Positions 8,331 to 10,046 of a stretch of 10,046 nucleotides of DNA are shown in pieces. The notes below the pieces were generated by a model. That model worked only from the letters and a program-made list of their open reading frames with translations, had not been told where the DNA came from and did not search any database. A program made the translations under genes and the position numbers. Source of the stretch: Octopus sinensis (lineage: Eukaryota); the NCBI RefSeq assembly GCF_006345805.1, contig NW_021827687.1, positions 1-10,046 of the forward strand, read 5' to 3'. The first letter of the stretch is position 1, and every line of letters begins with the position of its first letter.

Positions 8331-8484
8331 ATTCTGGAGCAAAAAAAATGCCCACCGAGATTTTTGTAATAATACTTTCTCACATAAAAATAATAAATTC
8401 TATCGTGGTTTCAATGACGAAAGGTTGTTGGCCTCGAAATGGAGAAAGGGTGAATGAAAGTGGTATGAGAGAGTTTCACAACGT

Positions 8485-8571
8485 TTGTGTGTGTATGTGT
8501 GTGTGTGTGTGTGTATGTGTGTGTGTGTGTGTATGTGTGTGTGTGTGATTGAAAGGGAAAATGTGGGAGAT

Positions 8572-8602
<31 letters not shown>
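8485..8602. repeat. (TG)n and (GA)n microsatellites
   Basis: (TG) at 8485-8547, (GA/AG) at 8573-8602. Confidence 0.93.
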
Positions 8603-8605
<3 letters not shown>

Positions 8606-8640
8606 AATAAATGATGACCAGGTCCTTACGGTGAGAAACC

Positions 8641-8820
8641 ATGTGTGCATTTGTGTTTGTGTGTGGAAGTGTGTGTGTATATATCTTCAAGCAAAATCTG
8701 CCCGACGTAATTGTGTATGTATATATATATGTGTGTGTATATATCTGTGTGTGCACGCTCGCGTATGTGCGTGCGTATATATATATATATATATATATAC
8801 GTGTGTGTGTGTGTGTGTTT
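8641..8820. repeat. Compound (TG)n/(TA)n microsatellite
   Basis: Directly visible. Confidence 0.9.
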
Positions 8821-8982
8821 TTGTTGTTTATCAATGTGGTTACAATATTCAATATCTCTTAGTTGTAGGGTACTTTGATTTTCCACCCCCACGAAGCTGC
8901 AGGCTGCAATGCAGACAATTGCATAGAATGTGAAGGCTGAGGGTTTTTGCTGTTGAACACTGCCCTGAGTGTCTTATTACCT

Positions 8983-9043
8983 ATACATAAATACATGCAT
9001 ATACAAACAAACACACATACATACAGATAGATAAATCCATTGA

Positions 9044-9076
<33 letters not shown>
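8983..9076. repeat. (CATA)/(CA)/(GATA) and (TA)n microsatellites
   Basis: Directly visible; (TA)n at 9047-9075 abuts the SINE B tail. Confidence 0.88.
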
Positions 9077-9078
<2 letters not shown>

Positions 9079-9079
<1 letters not shown>

Positions 9080-9412
9080 TTTTATTCTTTTACTTGTTTC
9101 AGTCATTTGACTGCGGTTATGCAGGACTTATTCTTTGTAAGCCTAGTACTTATTCTATTGGTCTTTGTGCCGAACCGCTAAGTTACGGAGACGTAAAATC
9201 ACAAACATCGGTTGTCAAGCGATGGTGGGGGGACAAACACAGACACACACACAAACATATATGTATATATACGACGGGCTTCTTTCAGTTTCCATCAACC
9301 AAATCCATTCACAAGATTTTGGTCGGCCCGAGGCTATAGTAGAACACTTGCTCAAAACGCCACGCAGAAACATGTGGTTGGTAAGCAAGCTGCTTACCAC
9401 ACAGCCACTCCT
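9079..9412 (-). mobile_element. tRNA-derived SINE family B, near full length (CORE-like motif, internal microsatellite)
   Basis: Minus strand: A-box-like TGGCTGTGTGGT (9396-9407), ttgagcaagtgttct (9341-9355), internal TA/TG tract (9234-9271), tagcggttcggcac, and tail aaacaagtaaaagaataaaag; homologous to 4878-5190. Confidence 0.9.
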
Positions 9413-9650
9413 TCCACCCCTCATGATGTAACTGGTACGTGTAGTACGATTTTTAACGTTTTATATCTAAGAAAATTCACTCTGTTCCTCTAATCACAAA
9501 TTATTTAAGATAAGTTTTGATCAGTTGCCCTTGCTGATCAAGAGGTTACCTTTCCAATTATCGTTTTGCAATTTCAGATAATTACCTCCTTTATAGGGGG
9601 CATGGCTCTCTGTTGCCGCCGTTGTTGTTGATTTTTGTAAATACTCGTAG

Positions 9651-9780
9651 GATTAAAGGTCCGTCCGCTCGATCAAAGTTGACCAGGGTCAAATGACAAC
9701 AACAACGCTACCGACAAGGAAGTTGTTTGTTTTGCTAGGAATAGCGGGTAAATCCACCAAGAACCCCACCCTTCCAAAAA
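9651..9780 (+). mobile_element. SINE family C fragments (3' end with (CAA)n, then an internal piece)
   Basis: gattaaaggtc..gctcgatca..gaccagggtcaaatgacaacaacaac resembles the reverse complement of 7353-7412; gctaggaatagcgggtaaat (from 9734) resembles the reverse complement of 7501-7520. Confidence 0.5.
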
Positions 9781-9913
9781 GTCACACCCCAGCTATCACG
9801 CGTCTCGTTTAAAATGAAGACCCCTGAGGTAATGTGAATCATCCGTAATATTAAAATATAACGAAAAAAACAATTAAATAAGGACAGAGTACGCTTGCCA
9901 GGAGCCAGGGTGT

Positions 9914-10046
9914 AGCAACAACAATAATTATCAACAATAACAGCAACAACAACAATGAAAACAATGCGATTCCCTCAGAGCCATTTGTCTGCCGCCCTTT
10001 TTAAAAACCACCACCATTACCGCCTCTACCACTACTACTACAACCA
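9914..10046. repeat. Degenerate (AAC)n and (ACC/ACT)n trinucleotide repeats
   Basis: agcaacaacaataattatcaacaataacagcaacaacaacaat; accaccaccattacc...actactactacaacca. Confidence 0.8.

Noticed and set aside
24-9493. All ORFs in the supplied track (IY, YI, LSIY, HT, CV, MYV repeats)
   Set aside because: They are mostly translations of TA, TATC, CA, TG and TATG microsatellites, which lack stops in some frames; the remainder are chance frames through SINE or unique DNA. None has a recognisable domain or coding-like composition.
9517-9541. Hairpin ttgatcag-N9-ctgatcaa (and ttaccta-ttt-taggtaa at 1588-1604)
   Set aside because: Stems of 7-8 bp are expected by chance in AT-rich DNA and are too short for a pre-miRNA.

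Overview
Non-coding, AT-rich eukaryotic (animal) genomic DNA, i.e. intergenic or deep intronic sequence. It is built almost entirely from microsatellites ((TA)n, (TG/CA)n, (TATC)n, (TATG)n, (AAT)n, (GA)n, (GGTC)n, (GC)n) and decayed SINE-like retroposons of four families. Family A has a tRNA-type head and an (ATT)n tail, with about 9 copies or fragments. Family B has a tRNA-type head and an internal TA/TG microsatellite, with 2 copies. Family C is represented by 3' ends with an (AAC)n tail, in 3-4 fragments. Family D is one copy with clear A/B boxes. From memory these repeats resemble abundant octopus (cephalopod) SINEs; that assignment is an unverified inference. No protein-coding gene, true tRNA, CRISPR or prokaryotic system is supported: every ORF in the supplied track is low-complexity microsatellite translation or a chance frame through a SINE or unique DNA. 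I found no convincing novel biological system. The most interesting items are structural: head-to-tail stacks of family A SINEs joined by (AAT)n, a head-to-head fusion of two headless copies at a GTCGAC palindrome, a SINE that carries and expands its own microsatellite, and inverted SINE pairs that could form dsRNA if transcribed.
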